Below are positions 20,082 to 28,980 of a stretch of DNA of 64,000 nt, piece by piece. Both the position numbers and the translations under genes were made by a program. The stretch comes from a virus. Lineage: Duplodnaviria > Caudoviricetes. Within the stretch, counting starts at the first letter, position 1. Every line of letters starts with the position of its first letter. The notes under the pieces are model-generated. The model saw only the letters and a list, made by a program, of their open reading frames with translations, ran no database searches and was not told where the DNA came from. Location of the stretch: positions 7,211 to 71,210 of the IMG/VR virus record IMGVR_UViG_3300030372_003954, one strand, 5' to 3'.

Positions 20082-20323
20082 TGGCGTTGAAGAAGAGCCA
20101 GAAGTCACTGAAGAAATGGGGAAAGCAAAAGTGGCGCACACCATCCGGCAAGCCAAGCGGCAAGACAGGCGAAGTTTATGCGCCCGAAAAGACCATCGCT
20201 AAGTTAAAGTCCACAACAGCGGGCCGGAGAAAACTGGCTGCTGCAAACAAAGCTAAAAGGGCTGCTACTAAAAAAGGTAAGCAGCATGCATCTCACGGCC
20301 TCCATAAAGGCAAAAAAAGGTAG
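20081..20323 (+). CDS. Small basic protein
   Basis: LKKSQKSLKKWGKQKWRT.SGKPS..TGE.Y.P pattern; TAATG coupling. Confidence 0.75.
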   Translation: MALKKSQKSLKKWGKQKWRTPSGKPSGKTGEVYAPEKTIAKLKSTTAGRRKLAAANKAKRAATKKGKQHASHGLHKGKKR

Positions 20324-20331
20324 AGTGAAAC

Positions 20332-20970
20332 ATGGCAGACGGCCTCGTTAAAATGTCCGACCAGTTTGGTGGTCTCCCAATGGATCAACTCATCGGTGGT
20401 CCACTGAAAGCAGCTTGTGATTCACAAGTGCAGCTTGCTAAAGCGACTGCTGATTTTATCCAAAACGTGGGGCTTGAAACTGATTCCAACGGGATTGTTA
20501 AGGCCCGCACGGTTGACTTTACCTATACTAAGCCCGTCAATGATGGCGCTGGTGGCTACACTGAGGTCACGAACCAACTTGATGTTCCTATCTTAGCAAT
20601 TCTCAACACTCCATCTCTTCAAGTAAAAGAGGTTGAAGTTGACTTTACTATGGAAGTGAAGTCCAGCACATCTGAGAAAAGCAGTCGGGACTATGAGGCT
20701 GCTATGGATACCCACGTTAAGGCAGGCTGGGGTCCAGTTAGCGTAGACGTGAAGATTCATGGTTCTATCTCCGCAAAAAGCGAGAACACTCGGACCTCGG
20801 ACAACTCTGCAAAGTACAACGTCAAAGTGATTGCTCGTGACGATGGTATGCCTGAAGGGTTGAAGCGCTGTCTTGACATTGTTCAGTCTGCGATTGCAGA
20901 AAAGCCAGCGGCTGCTCCCCCTGTCAACCAGCCTACCAACCCACCCACTCCTGCAACGAGGAACGGATAA
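20332..20970 (+). CDS. DUF2589 family protein (long type)
   Basis: FGGLPMDQLIGGPLKAACDSQVQLAKATADFI..VG; LDVPILAILNTPSLQVKEVEVDFTMEV; MPEGLKR.LD. Confidence 0.8.
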   Translation: MADGLVKMSDQFGGLPMDQLIGGPLKAACDSQVQLAKATADFIQNVGLETDSNGIVKARTVDFTYTKPVNDGAGGYTEVTNQLDVPILAILNTPSLQVKEVEVDFTMEVKSSTSEKSSRDYEAAMDTHVKAGWGPVSVDVKIHGSISAKSENTRTSDNSAKYNVKVIARDDGMPEGLKRCLDIVQSAIAEKPAAAPPVNQPTNPPTPATRNG

Positions 20971-21345
20971 ATGGCGATTACTTCTGGTAAGAACTCGATA
21001 ACTCAAGTCGACTTCATGTTTATTGACACGGCTGCTACGGCCACTGCCGTCACTGATGTGTTCGCCGGGGCTGCCACTATTCACAGCATTCACTTGATCA
21101 ACGGCCACTCTAACCCAGCATGGTTGAAGATTTACAACGCATCAACTGCGACTGTGGGCACAACCGACCCCGACATTATTATTAAATCAGAGGGTTCCGG
21201 GTCGAATGGTGGGCGAACTGTTTGGCAAATCATTGATGGGATTGCTCTTACCAATATGACTTATGCCTGTGAGGACTCCAATGGAACCGCTGGAACTTCT
21301 AACCCCGATGCTGGAAGTCTTACCGTCAGCATGGTTGTGAGGTAG
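20971..21345 (+). CDS. Small beta-rich virion protein
   Basis: T/A/G-rich; WLKIYN...TVGTTDPD; paralog-like to the next gene. Confidence 0.6.
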   Translation: MAITSGKNSITQVDFMFIDTAATATAVTDVFAGAATIHSIHLINGHSNPAWLKIYNASTATVGTTDPDIIIKSEGSGSNGGRTVWQIIDGIALTNMTYACEDSNGTAGTSNPDAGSLTVSMVVR

Positions 21346-21347
21346 AA

Positions 21348-21746
21348 ATGGCATCAGCACTTGTAAAAACATCCGTTATTTCAGACGTCGGCACGTTTCA
21401 CTGTGTGAATCTTGACGCTGACCACAATGTTGAAACTTTAGATGGAACTAGTGGTGTTCTGTATAAGGTGGAGATCGACAACACTCAAAATACAGTTCCA
21501 GTGTATGTGAAACTCTACGACAGCACTGGAACCGTGAATGTGGGTGGAGATGCTGCCACAGGTCCAGACTGGGCATTCATGTGTCCTGCCAGTGTGACTC
21601 GGGTTTACTCAAGCCCAACAGGCACAACATACGGAAATGGCCTTAAGGCTATTTGTGTTACTGCCGCCGGAACTGACTTGAACGGCACAGCCGCATCAAC
21701 AGCGCCTGCCAGCAGCGTCACCTATCGAATCCTTATCTCGACGTAG
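21348..21746 (+). CDS. Small beta-rich virion protein, paralog of 20971..21345
   Basis: YVKLYD...TVNVG...PD aligns with the upstream gene. Confidence 0.6.
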   Translation: MASALVKTSVISDVGTFHCVNLDADHNVETLDGTSGVLYKVEIDNTQNTVPVYVKLYDSTGTVNVGGDAATGPDWAFMCPASVTRVYSSPTGTTYGNGLKAICVTAAGTDLNGTAASTAPASSVTYRILIST

Positions 21747-21923
21747 ATATGAAGACGGTTACCCGGTCGTATAGGCATCGCTCCACTGAAAAGATGAAAA
21801 TTAGAAAGTCATCCGTGACAGTGGTTCGCGTTGGTTTTAAAGATCGCAAGCCTTCTGTTCAGGGTGCCAACAACAATACTGAGGACAAGACGTGTGGTCC
21901 TCAGCCTGGGCAGGAGGCATCCC

Positions 21924-22730
21924 ATGTTGATCAAGAAGGGAAGTAGAGGCGACGACGTTAAAGAAATCCAGAAGGCGTTGAACGACAAGGGCTATGGCCA
22001 AATCGGCGTCGATGGAATCTTTGGTAGTGGCACTGAGAAGGCCGTGAAGCGCTTCCAGAAAGCGTCAGGACTGGCCGCAGACGGAATCGTAGGGCCCAAC
22101 ACCCTCAATGCTTTACAGGCCGCTGAGGAGCCAAAGCAGCCTGAAGTGTCTGATGAGCCCCCTGCCATCATTGGTGTGCTTAAAGCTAAAGGCTACGAGG
22201 TCTACACCGATGGCCAGATCAACACGATTGGTGTGCGATCTAACAACCCGATCTCCAACAGCTTCGATGATGAGATGCACTTGGTGTGGGTGAACAACGC
22301 ATTGTGGCAACACAAGAAGTACAGAATAACCACGGATCCAGGGACTTTTTGCTTAGAGCATCCTGAGGTCTATGGAAGTTCCGCTGGTACAGCCATCATG
22401 GTTCCCGGCTCATACAGGGCGTATAAGTGGGATATGCACCGTGGAAAGTATGAAACTCTGTGCCAGAGGGCAGCGCCCATCCGCGTCTGGAGGGACAATG
22501 ATCGCAATAATATTTTGTCGTTTGGCCATGACGATGACCTCGGAATCGAGGGCTGGTACGGGGTGAATTTGCACCATGCTGGGATCAACTCTACGCGAGT
22601 AGATAAATGGTCGGCAGGCTGCCAGGTCTTTGCCCGAATCGCAGACTGGGAAGAAGCTGTTAAGATTTGGAAGGCATCGGAGGCTGAGGTCTTCACTTAT
22701 ACCCTCATCACCGAAGATGACCTGTCGTAG
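21924..22730 (+). CDS. Endolysin: peptidoglycan-binding domain plus YkuD/L,D-transpeptidase-like catalytic domain
   Basis: KKGSRGDDVKEIQ..L...VDGIFG..TEKAVKRFQ...L.ADGIVG..T (PG_binding_1); NLHHA...WSAGCQV; AGGAGG RBS at 21912 fixes the start at 21924. Confidence 0.8.
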   Translation: MLIKKGSRGDDVKEIQKALNDKGYGQIGVDGIFGSGTEKAVKRFQKASGLAADGIVGPNTLNALQAAEEPKQPEVSDEPPAIIGVLKAKGYEVYTDGQINTIGVRSNNPISNSFDDEMHLVWVNNALWQHKKYRITTDPGTFCLEHPEVYGSSAGTAIMVPGSYRAYKWDMHRGKYETLCQRAAPIRVWRDNDRNNILSFGHDDDLGIEGWYGVNLHHAGINSTRVDKWSAGCQVFARIADWEEAVKIWKASEAEVFTYTLITEDDLS

Positions 22731-22738
22731 GAGACGTA

Positions 22739-22966
22739 ATGGAAAAACTAAAAGAACTTTGGAAGAAGCTCAACCCTCGGGTTGCTTTGATCGGGGGAGT
22801 CGTGGTCATCTCGACTTCTTTCGGCACTTGTCATCTAATGGATTCAAGCGACGAGGAGGCGGCAGAAGAAGCCCCCGTCGAGGCTCCGGCTGAAGAGACG
22901 CCAGCCCCGGAGCCTGCTGCACCGGCTGAAGCTCCTGAAGAAGAGGGCGCTGAAGCAGACGCCTAA
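22739..22966 (+). CDS. Membrane-anchored acidic Ala/Glu/Pro protein (possible lysis accessory)
   Basis: Basic N-terminus, hydrophobic stretch, Cys, then EEAP repeats; follows the endolysin. Confidence 0.6.
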   Translation: MEKLKELWKKLNPRVALIGGVVVISTSFGTCHLMDSSDEEAAEEAPVEAPAEETPAPEPAAPAEAPEEEGAEADA

Positions 22967-23008
22967 GAAAAACCCCCGGAGACTTAGCGTTTCCGGGGGT
23001 TCTTTTTT
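22966..23008. terminator. Bidirectional intrinsic terminator
   Basis: AAGAAAAACCCCCGGA-gacttagcgtt-TCCGGGGGTTCTTTTTT between convergent operons. Confidence 0.85.
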
Positions 23009-23105
23009 GTCGGGATAGGTTCGCCTGAAAAGAACCCGCATTTTGGGCAACGCTCATCGCCCGTGTATCGGTGATCACATTCAAAGCAAATGCGCTTAAG
23101 CGGCT

Positions 23106-23894
23106 TCATGCCAGAGCCGCGCCAAGGTCGCTCATTCCATTTAGCTCCTTGGGTTCATCCTCGCCAACGATTGGCGTGATGTCGATAGGAGGCATCTTTG
23201 CGTGCGGATCATCGCCATCCGCAGAAACAGCCGTTGCAAGCTCGAACGACATTGGAACGGTTCCGCCGTTAAACAGAGCACGAATAGCACTCTTACGAGC
23301 CATTCGAGAGTAGTCGTCTACCCAGGGGCCACTTCGACCAGCCTTGGAGCGGCGGCGAACCTTGTCGATGTCCACCTTCCAAAGCACTTCAAAGTAAGAT
23401 GATCCGTCCTTAAGAACAGCAACAGCGTATGCCGCAACGATCTTGTCGTCTGACCTATCCACGTCTCCACGAACACTGTGCTCGATGTTCGGGTGCAAGC
23501 CAGCGGTCACCTCAAACTTTTCGCCCTCATAAACGACACGAGCATCAAGGCGTGCCACCTGACCACTGCGACGAGCAAGCTCCAGGTATCCTTTGTAGCC
23601 AATGATAGGAGTACACTTGTTTCCGTATGGGATGAAGTAGATGTGGCCCAGTGTGCCTCCCGGCTCCAGCCCGAGTTGAGCGGACAACATAATAGACTCC
23701 GCCACGGAAATGGTGCTGCACTCCAATAGCTTAGGAGTTCTGCTGGCCTCAACGATCATCACCTTACACAGGCGCTCAGGAGTGAGGTGCTTAGGCAAGA
23801 TAGCTGCCACCTGATCCTTCATTTTACCGTTGATAAGGTCCTTGAATTTGTCCATTTTAGTTACTGGTTTCTGAGCGATTTCGTTCTTCGACAT
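23106..23894 (-). CDS. recT: RecT-family single-strand annealing protein
   Basis: AQLGLEPG..LGHIYFIPYG..C..IIGYKGYLELARRSGQ; W..DYSRMARKSAIR. Confidence 0.92.
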   Translation of the reverse strand: MSKNEIAQKPVTKMDKFKDLINGKMKDQVAAILPKHLTPERLCKVMIVEASRTPKLLECSTISVAESIMLSAQLGLEPGGTLGHIYFIPYGNKCTPIIGYKGYLELARRSGQVARLDARVVYEGEKFEVTAGLHPNIEHSVRGDVDRSDDKIVAAYAVAVLKDGSSYFEVLWKVDIDKVRRRSKAGRSGPWVDDYSRMARKSAIRALFNGGTVPMSFELATAVSADGDDPHAKMPPIDITPIVGEDEPKELNGMSDLGAALA

Positions 23895-24871
23895 TAGTTG
23901 CCTCTCTTGTGTTGAATGTTCATTCGAAAGATTCGCGATGGTTCGCTGGTCTTAGTAAATTGTTTTGCGATTTCAGGATGTTCTTTACGAAGAGACTTGG
24001 AGTCAAGCGATGACCTGCCCTTGTTCATCTTCCAAGACACAGTTCCAAACACGCCGTTTAGACCGGCATTGTCTGCGATTCGCTCTTTGATTTGATTTTT
24101 AAGCAAGGCTTCTCTTTCCTTCATGGATTTGATTTCCGTCTGGAGATCATGAAGGTCGAAGATAAGCTCTTCTTCTACTGGGTCAGCGGTCCTGTACTCT
24201 TGGCCTGGATCGCCAAACTTGTCTTGTAAAAACTTGTCAGCAGCAGGCGAGCCATCAATGGGTGGTGGCTCTCCACCCACGACGTGCTTCTGCCACCAGT
24301 CGCCGCACTTATTTACAAGCTTCTTCTCAGTCTTCTTGTTTCTTACAAGGGTGTACCGACGAAACTCATCGTTGACCAAGAACAAAACTGCAAAGTCCCA
24401 TCGGTCAATGTTGGTGCAAGCCATGTACCAAGCAGCTTGTGTGGCATAGTAAACAGGTACGCCAGAACCGAGGTCCTCTCCCCAGCCGTCGACGCTACGC
24501 GCCGTTTTTATTTCCAACCCGAACCGGCTCTTTCCGGCGCTGACGTACCTGTCGGGGGAGGCAAGCATAAAAGGCTTTGGTCCGACGATGGGCATTTCCT
24601 CGCCGTCTACGACCTCGTATCCTGTCTCCTCCTGATACCATGTGGCAATTGCAGATTCTAATAGGCGGCCCCTCCGCATTGCGTTTGTTTCTGGAATCTC
24701 TTCTGAGAGCCCTCTTTTAGCTGCCCATACGTCCATGGGCGAAGACCACTTGGATAACCCAAGGACTGCGGCAATATCTGAGCCGCCGAGCCCTTTCATT
24801 CTAGCTTCAAACCATCCATCAGGTTTAGGCAAAACACCCTCCATGCGATATGCTGTTTCTATGAAAGACAA
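23894..24871 (-). CDS. YqaJ / lambda-type exonuclease
   Basis: W..AR.KGLGGSDIAAVLG.SKW; MLASPDR; LEIKT; YY.TQ..WYM; true start may be the ATG at 24844. Confidence 0.9.
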   Translation of the reverse strand: MSFIETAYRMEGVLPKPDGWFEARMKGLGGSDIAAVLGLSKWSSPMDVWAAKRGLSEEIPETNAMRRGRLLESAIATWYQEETGYEVVDGEEMPIVGPKPFMLASPDRYVSAGKSRFGLEIKTARSVDGWGEDLGSGVPVYYATQAAWYMACTNIDRWDFAVLFLVNDEFRRYTLVRNKKTEKKLVNKCGDWWQKHVVGGEPPPIDGSPAADKFLQDKFGDPGQEYRTADPVEEELIFDLHDLQTEIKSMKEREALLKNQIKERIADNAGLNGVFGTVSWKMNKGRSSLDSKSLRKEHPEIAKQFTKTSEPSRIFRMNIQHKRGN

Positions 24872-25061
24872 AATCAGTCATCAAGGAATCGCAAGAGCGG
24901 CCAAGTATGCACAGAAAGCAATGGACTCTGGAGATGCTCCAGAGCGTGCCCTGGCGCGAGGCCGAAGCCTCGAACGCCAAGGGCTGCTTCGTCATGATGG
25001 GTCGGTCCAACAGATTCATCCTGACGAAAGACGTTCAAGCCGAAGGCGACTTGCGGACTAA
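24861..25061 (+). CDS. Possible 66-aa helical protein on the opposite strand
   Basis: MKDKISHQGIARAAKYAQKAMDSGDAPERALARGRSLERQG fills the gap between two minus-strand genes; no clear RBS. Confidence 0.35.
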   Translation: MKDKISHQGIARAAKYAQKAMDSGDAPERALARGRSLERQGLLRHDGSVQQIHPDERRSSRRRLAD

Positions 25062-25748
25062 TCGGCGTTTGCCAGTCCGTGGGTTGCTTTTCTTCTTGGG
25101 TGTTTCTACTGCCGCTTTGATTTCCACATCGTCGGCAATCTCGGCTTGCTCTGGATCAGACGTAATTTTTCCTTCGAGTTTAGCGATAGCTTCGTTTGCG
25201 CTTAGCTGACCAGCAGCAAGCATCTTCAGCAAGGCCAGTGTAGCTTCGTTGTTTTGCGGATCACTCTTTGCCGTGACGTTGACATTCACTGAGGGTGCGC
25301 CATTGTGGTACTGCACATCTTCCTCACCACGTTCATCTGTCCAGCGAATACCAAGCAGAAGTACGGCTTCGTCGTCCACCTCTCGAATCTCTACTTCATA
25401 TTCTGTTGGTTGCCAGTCTCCATTTGGCTGCATGTTCAGCAGTGTCTTGCGCTGTCCGTCAAGCGCAGCAGACACCATGTTGTGCCAGGTTGCCTCGTCA
25501 ATCGCACTAAGGAGATTACTCACGCGCCATCTTGCAATCAGTTGTTTGGAGCGATGCTCGGGGTTTTCGTCAACCGTAACTTTGTTGACCATTCGATTTG
25601 CAATGGTAATCAGCACCGTTGGGTCGGTGACCTTCTTAGTGTTGCGCTTGTCGTCCAAAAGGGACTCGGGTTGTTCTGGAAGAATCGACACGACCTGTCT
25701 CCTGTTTTTATTGTAAGTCGTTGCCGGTTCAAAAACTGTCCGGCCCAA
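25035..25748 (-). CDS. Hypothetical protein
   Basis: 237-aa ORF divergent from the XRE gene; basic C-terminus. Confidence 0.7.
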   Translation of the reverse strand: MGRTVFEPATTYNKNRRQVVSILPEQPESLLDDKRNTKKVTDPTVLITIANRMVNKVTVDENPEHRSKQLIARWRVSNLLSAIDEATWHNMVSAALDGQRKTLLNMQPNGDWQPTEYEVEIREVDDEAVLLLGIRWTDERGEEDVQYHNGAPSVNVNVTAKSDPQNNEATLALLKMLAAGQLSANEAIAKLEGKITSDPEQAEIADDVEIKAAVETPKKKSNPRTGKRRLVRKSPSA

Positions 25749-25824
25749 TGAACTTGGCGCATTTCATGCACCCTGTCAAGGGTGGGTGTGCAAAATGCAC
25801 CCGATCTGATATAACCTTTTTACA

Positions 25825-26082
25825 ATGAGTGAATCCTACAGAATCTTTGGGCAAAACTTGCACTACCTTATTCGAGCTAAAGGCCTTGGCATGCGGGCTT
25901 TTGCTCGGGAAGCTGGCATCGACTACTCGTTGTTGAAACGGTACATGTCGGGTCAGGTTGCTCCGCGACAACAAAGGCTTGTAGCGCTTGCAGATTTGTT
26001 GGGCGTCAGTCCAGGCTCGTTGATGTTTGATGACTTAGTACCGGAAATAGTGGAGAGCAGTGATGTTGTTCGTGGGAATTGA
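25825..26082 (+). CDS. XRE-family HTH regulator
   Basis: LGMRAFAREAGIDYSLLKRYMSGQVAP...L..LADLLGVS..L. Confidence 0.85.
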   Translation: MSESYRIFGQNLHYLIRAKGLGMRAFAREAGIDYSLLKRYMSGQVAPRQQRLVALADLLGVSPGSLMFDDLVPEIVESSDVVRGN

Positions 26083-26578
26083 TCCTGGCAAGGATGGAGC
26101 CGTCGTAGCGATTGATGAGAAAGGAATCGTTCGAGACGTAGCGCTTACAAAAGAACGCTTCACTATCCCAATCGGCAAGGGCTCAAGGAGAGAGTACGAC
26201 GCGACTGCTATGGGCGACTACCTTACAAAGCTTCATGCCAATCAGGGTGTGAGGGTTGTTGCTATTGAAAAACAGCAAGCTCGCCCTGGTCAGGGCCGGA
26301 CTTCAATGTTTTCAATCGGGCTTGGCTATGGCCTGTGGCTCGGAGCGGTGGGCACCCTTCAGATTCCTTTCTACGTTGTTCACCCTATGACCTGGCAAAA
26401 GGATGTCCTTCGAGATGTTCCTGGCGTAGGCAAAGGCAGGGCGATTTTACTTTGCAAGCAACGGCTTCCTGATTTAGACCTTGCACCAGGCCGAAAGAAG
26501 AAATCTCACGATGGAATCGCGGACGCAGCTTGTCTTGCTATGTGGGCTTTCAAGTCTATGCTTGGGGAGATGTCATGA
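26063..26578 (+). CDS. ruvC: RuvC-like Holliday junction resolvase
   Basis: FVGIDPGKDGAV; IEKQQARPGQG..SMFS.G.GYG; P..WQK; HDGIADA. Confidence 0.88.
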   Translation: MLFVGIDPGKDGAVVAIDEKGIVRDVALTKERFTIPIGKGSRREYDATAMGDYLTKLHANQGVRVVAIEKQQARPGQGRTSMFSIGLGYGLWLGAVGTLQIPFYVVHPMTWQKDVLRDVPGVGKGRAILLCKQRLPDLDLAPGRKKKSHDGIADAACLAMWAFKSMLGEMS

Positions 26579-26597
26579 TTTGTCACAGTCATTGACA
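26571..26597 (+). promoter_or_regulatory. TGTCAY-N4-TGTCAC box directly upstream of a TTGACA hexamer
   Basis: TGTCAT 26571, TGTCAC 26581, TTGACA 26592; upstream of the initiator gene. Confidence 0.55.
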
Positions 26598-26647
26598 TGA
26601 AAACAGTTTTCGCTATGGATTAGAGACAGAGAAGGACCGATGGAAAA

Positions 26648-27589
26648 ATGAGCGACGAGGCAGGACCGACAGGCGTACTGATTGATGTAGATGAGTGGGA
26701 AGCTGTTAGAGACGCCATGGAAGGACCCTGGCCTACACGCTTAGCTGAAATCGACTTAGCGTTTATTGAACTCGAAACAGGGGCTGTACCGCCACGGCGA
26801 AAGCTGATGAAAAGGTGGGGGATTACTGAAAGAAAAGCCCGTACCATTGTGCAGCGCTATAAAGCAAAACGTCCCAAGCTTACTAGTAAACCGTCCCAAA
26901 AGCACACCGCTGAAGACACCCAAGTTATTGAAATCACTACTGTGGACAAGTCAACGCCGTCCCAGGCTACCGTGGTAAGCGTCCCAAAAATATCAGATGT
27001 ATTTGCTGACAACATCCGAGTTGTCTTTGATGCTTGGGAGGTCGCACAGTTCCAACGAACAAGACGGCGCAACAAGCTCACTGCTGGTAGAAGAAAGATT
27101 ATTAGGGCTGCTCTAAAGGGCGGACACGCGGTGGACGATCTTGTCCTCGTGGTACGCATGGCGTTTGAGTACCCAGCAGGTGACTACCTTGTCGATGGTT
27201 GGAGGAGCGGTGGCTACATGGACATTGCCAACCTGCTCAATCGAGACAAGGTGGACAGGAATGTTACTGTCGCCAGCGAGCGATGGAATGGAAATGAATG
27301 GGTATTCAGTGGCAAGAAACAACACAGCTTTGAGCCCAAGTACCACAAGCTTTGGGAGAAGATTGTTTTCCTGGTAGGAGCGTACCCAACTAAGCCCGAC
27401 AACCTTCATCGTATTGAAAGCGTTGATGCTGCAATGCACAAGGCATTGGATGTCGTAGGCGGTTGGCGCTACCTTGGATCTCTTCGTCCTGGCAAGCAGC
27501 AAGAACAAATCAAGAACGATTTTCTATCTGAGGTTCGCGCTGAACTTCAACTTCAACGACCGACATTACAGAGAGGCAACCACCAATGA
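26648..27589 (+). CDS. Phage replication initiator (lambda O-like position)
   Basis: N-terminal HTH-like segment, internal iterons, VFDAW...LTAGRRK.IRAAL helical domain, C-terminal ..VGGW..L...F domain; precedes dnaB. Confidence 0.7.
   Translation: MSDEAGPTGVLIDVDEWEAVRDAMEGPWPTRLAEIDLAFIELETGAVPPRRKLMKRWGITERKARTIVQRYKAKRPKLTSKPSQKHTAEDTQVIEITTVDKSTPSQATVVSVPKISDVFADNIRVVFDAWEVAQFQRTRRRNKLTAGRRKIIRAALKGGHAVDDLVLVVRMAFEYPAGDYLVDGWRSGGYMDIANLLNRDKVDRNVTVASERWNGNEWVFSGKKQHSFEPKYHKLWEKIVFLVGAYPTKPDNLHRIESVDAAMHKALDVVGGWRYLGSLRPGKQQEQIKNDFLSEVRAELQLQRPTLQRGNHQ
26870..26986 (+). repeat. Iteron array inside the initiator gene (CGTCCCA x4)
   Basis: Copies at 26870, 26892, 26958, 26980 (spacings 22, 66, 22). 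Confidence 0.75.
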
Positions 27590-28980
27590 AAGCATTTCCA
27601 AAGAGCATACCAAGCGAAAGATTTATCCTTGGTGCTCTTCTGTTAGACAACAGTTTGATTCATGAGGTCCAGGGCGAGGTTGAGCCTGAAGATTTCTACA
27701 TGTCATCACACAAAGAGATTTACCTTTTGATTCGATCTTGGATCCACAAAGGCAAAAACATGGATGTGATGCTGCTTGTCGACAACTTGATGACAGTCAA
27801 TCAACCCCAAAAGTATGGAGATATTCTTGAGGTAATGTCTTTGCCGGAGGCGGTTGGTTCGACCATGCTGACGGAGCATCATGCAAAGAACGTGCGTGAG
27901 AAAGCTATACGACGTCGTATGATCATGGCCTCAGAAAAACTCAAGGGCAATGCAACAGATGGTTCTTTAGATATTGATGAGCTTATTGAGCAAGGCCAAA
28001 GGGACTTGCTTGAAATTGCTGGTAGGCAGCGCGGAGACGATTGGTTTGTCGGGCCACAGTTAGTGGAGCGTGCTCAGGAACGGTGGGAAAAACTTGCAGA
28101 GCTTAAAGCAAACAACTGCGTGACGGCTTTGTCTACCGGCTTGGTGGCTCTCGACAACGTGTTGAGTGGGCTGCACCCAGGACTGACGCTTTTGGCTGCA
28201 CGTCCATCCATGGGCAAGACGGCAATGGCTCTCAACCTGACAGTGTCTGCATTAGAAAAGCAGGTTCCTGTAGCTTTCTTTTCTCTTGAGATGAGTGCTG
28301 ACCAACTGACAGATCGCATGGCGTCTTCCTTGGCCAAGGTCAATGCCTGGAACATCAAGACTGGTGACCTCGGATCAAAAGACTGGGACAAACTGGAAGC
28401 GGGTGCTTTGGATTTTTTGCACGACTCACCACTGTTCGTCTCCGACAAAGCTGGTGTTAGCATTTCAAAAATTACTGCTCAGGCACGCAGGCTAAAGTCT
28501 AAGGAGCCCAAGCTTGGTTTAATTGTCATTGACTACCTTCAACTCATTCGTCAGCCCAAAGCGGAAAGCATGGAGCAGGGTGTGTCCCAGGTGTCGAGCG
28601 CCCTGAAGGTTTTGTCTCGGGACTTGGACGTGCCTGTTCTTTGTCTCGCTCAACTCAATCGTGGTTGCGAGCAACGCACAAACAAGCGCCCAATGTTGTC
28701 TGACCTTCGAGGCTCCGGCTCGTTGGAGCAGGACGCTGACGTGGTCATGTTTCTTTACAGGCACCACTACTACGATGAGCGAGCCGACCCATCAGATGCA
28801 GAGATTCTTGTGGCTAAGCACCGAAGCGGGCCGACCGGAACGGTTCATGTAGAATGGAACGCAACGAACCAGAAGTTCGAAGACAAGACACGACATGCTC
28901 CGAGGCCAGTTGATTTTTCACAGGTTAAGAGAATCAGGCGCGACATCGACGACGATGACAGCGAGCCAACCTGGCTGTGA
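27586..28980 (+). CDS. dnaB: Replicative DNA helicase
   Basis: AARPSMGKT, FFSLEMS, IVIDYLQL, LAQLNR, RPMLSDLRGSGSLEQDAD, AEILVAKHRSGPTG. Confidence 0.95.
   Translation: MKAFPKSIPSERFILGALLLDNSLIHEVQGEVEPEDFYMSSHKEIYLLIRSWIHKGKNMDVMLLVDNLMTVNQPQKYGDILEVMSLPEAVGSTMLTEHHAKNVREKAIRRRMIMASEKLKGNATDGSLDIDELIEQGQRDLLEIAGRQRGDDWFVGPQLVERAQERWEKLAELKANNCVTALSTGLVALDNVLSGLHPGLTLLAARPSMGKTAMALNLTVSALEKQVPVAFFSLEMSADQLTDRMASSLAKVNAWNIKTGDLGSKDWDKLEAGALDFLHDSPLFVSDKAGVSISKITAQARRLKSKEPKLGLIVIDYLQLIRQPKAESMEQGVSQVSSALKVLSRDLDVPVLCLAQLNRGCEQRTNKRPMLSDLRGSGSLEQDADVVMFLYRHHYYDERADPSDAEILVAKHRSGPTGTVHVEWNATNQKFEDKTRHAPRPVDFSQVKRIRRDIDDDDSEPTWL

Noticed and set aside
21749-21946. 65-aa ORF and the longer 21831 start of the endolysin
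   Set aside because: No RBS; AGGAGG supports the ATG at 21924. The CTGAGGAC/GTCCTCAG hairpin upstream is noted but unsupported as functional
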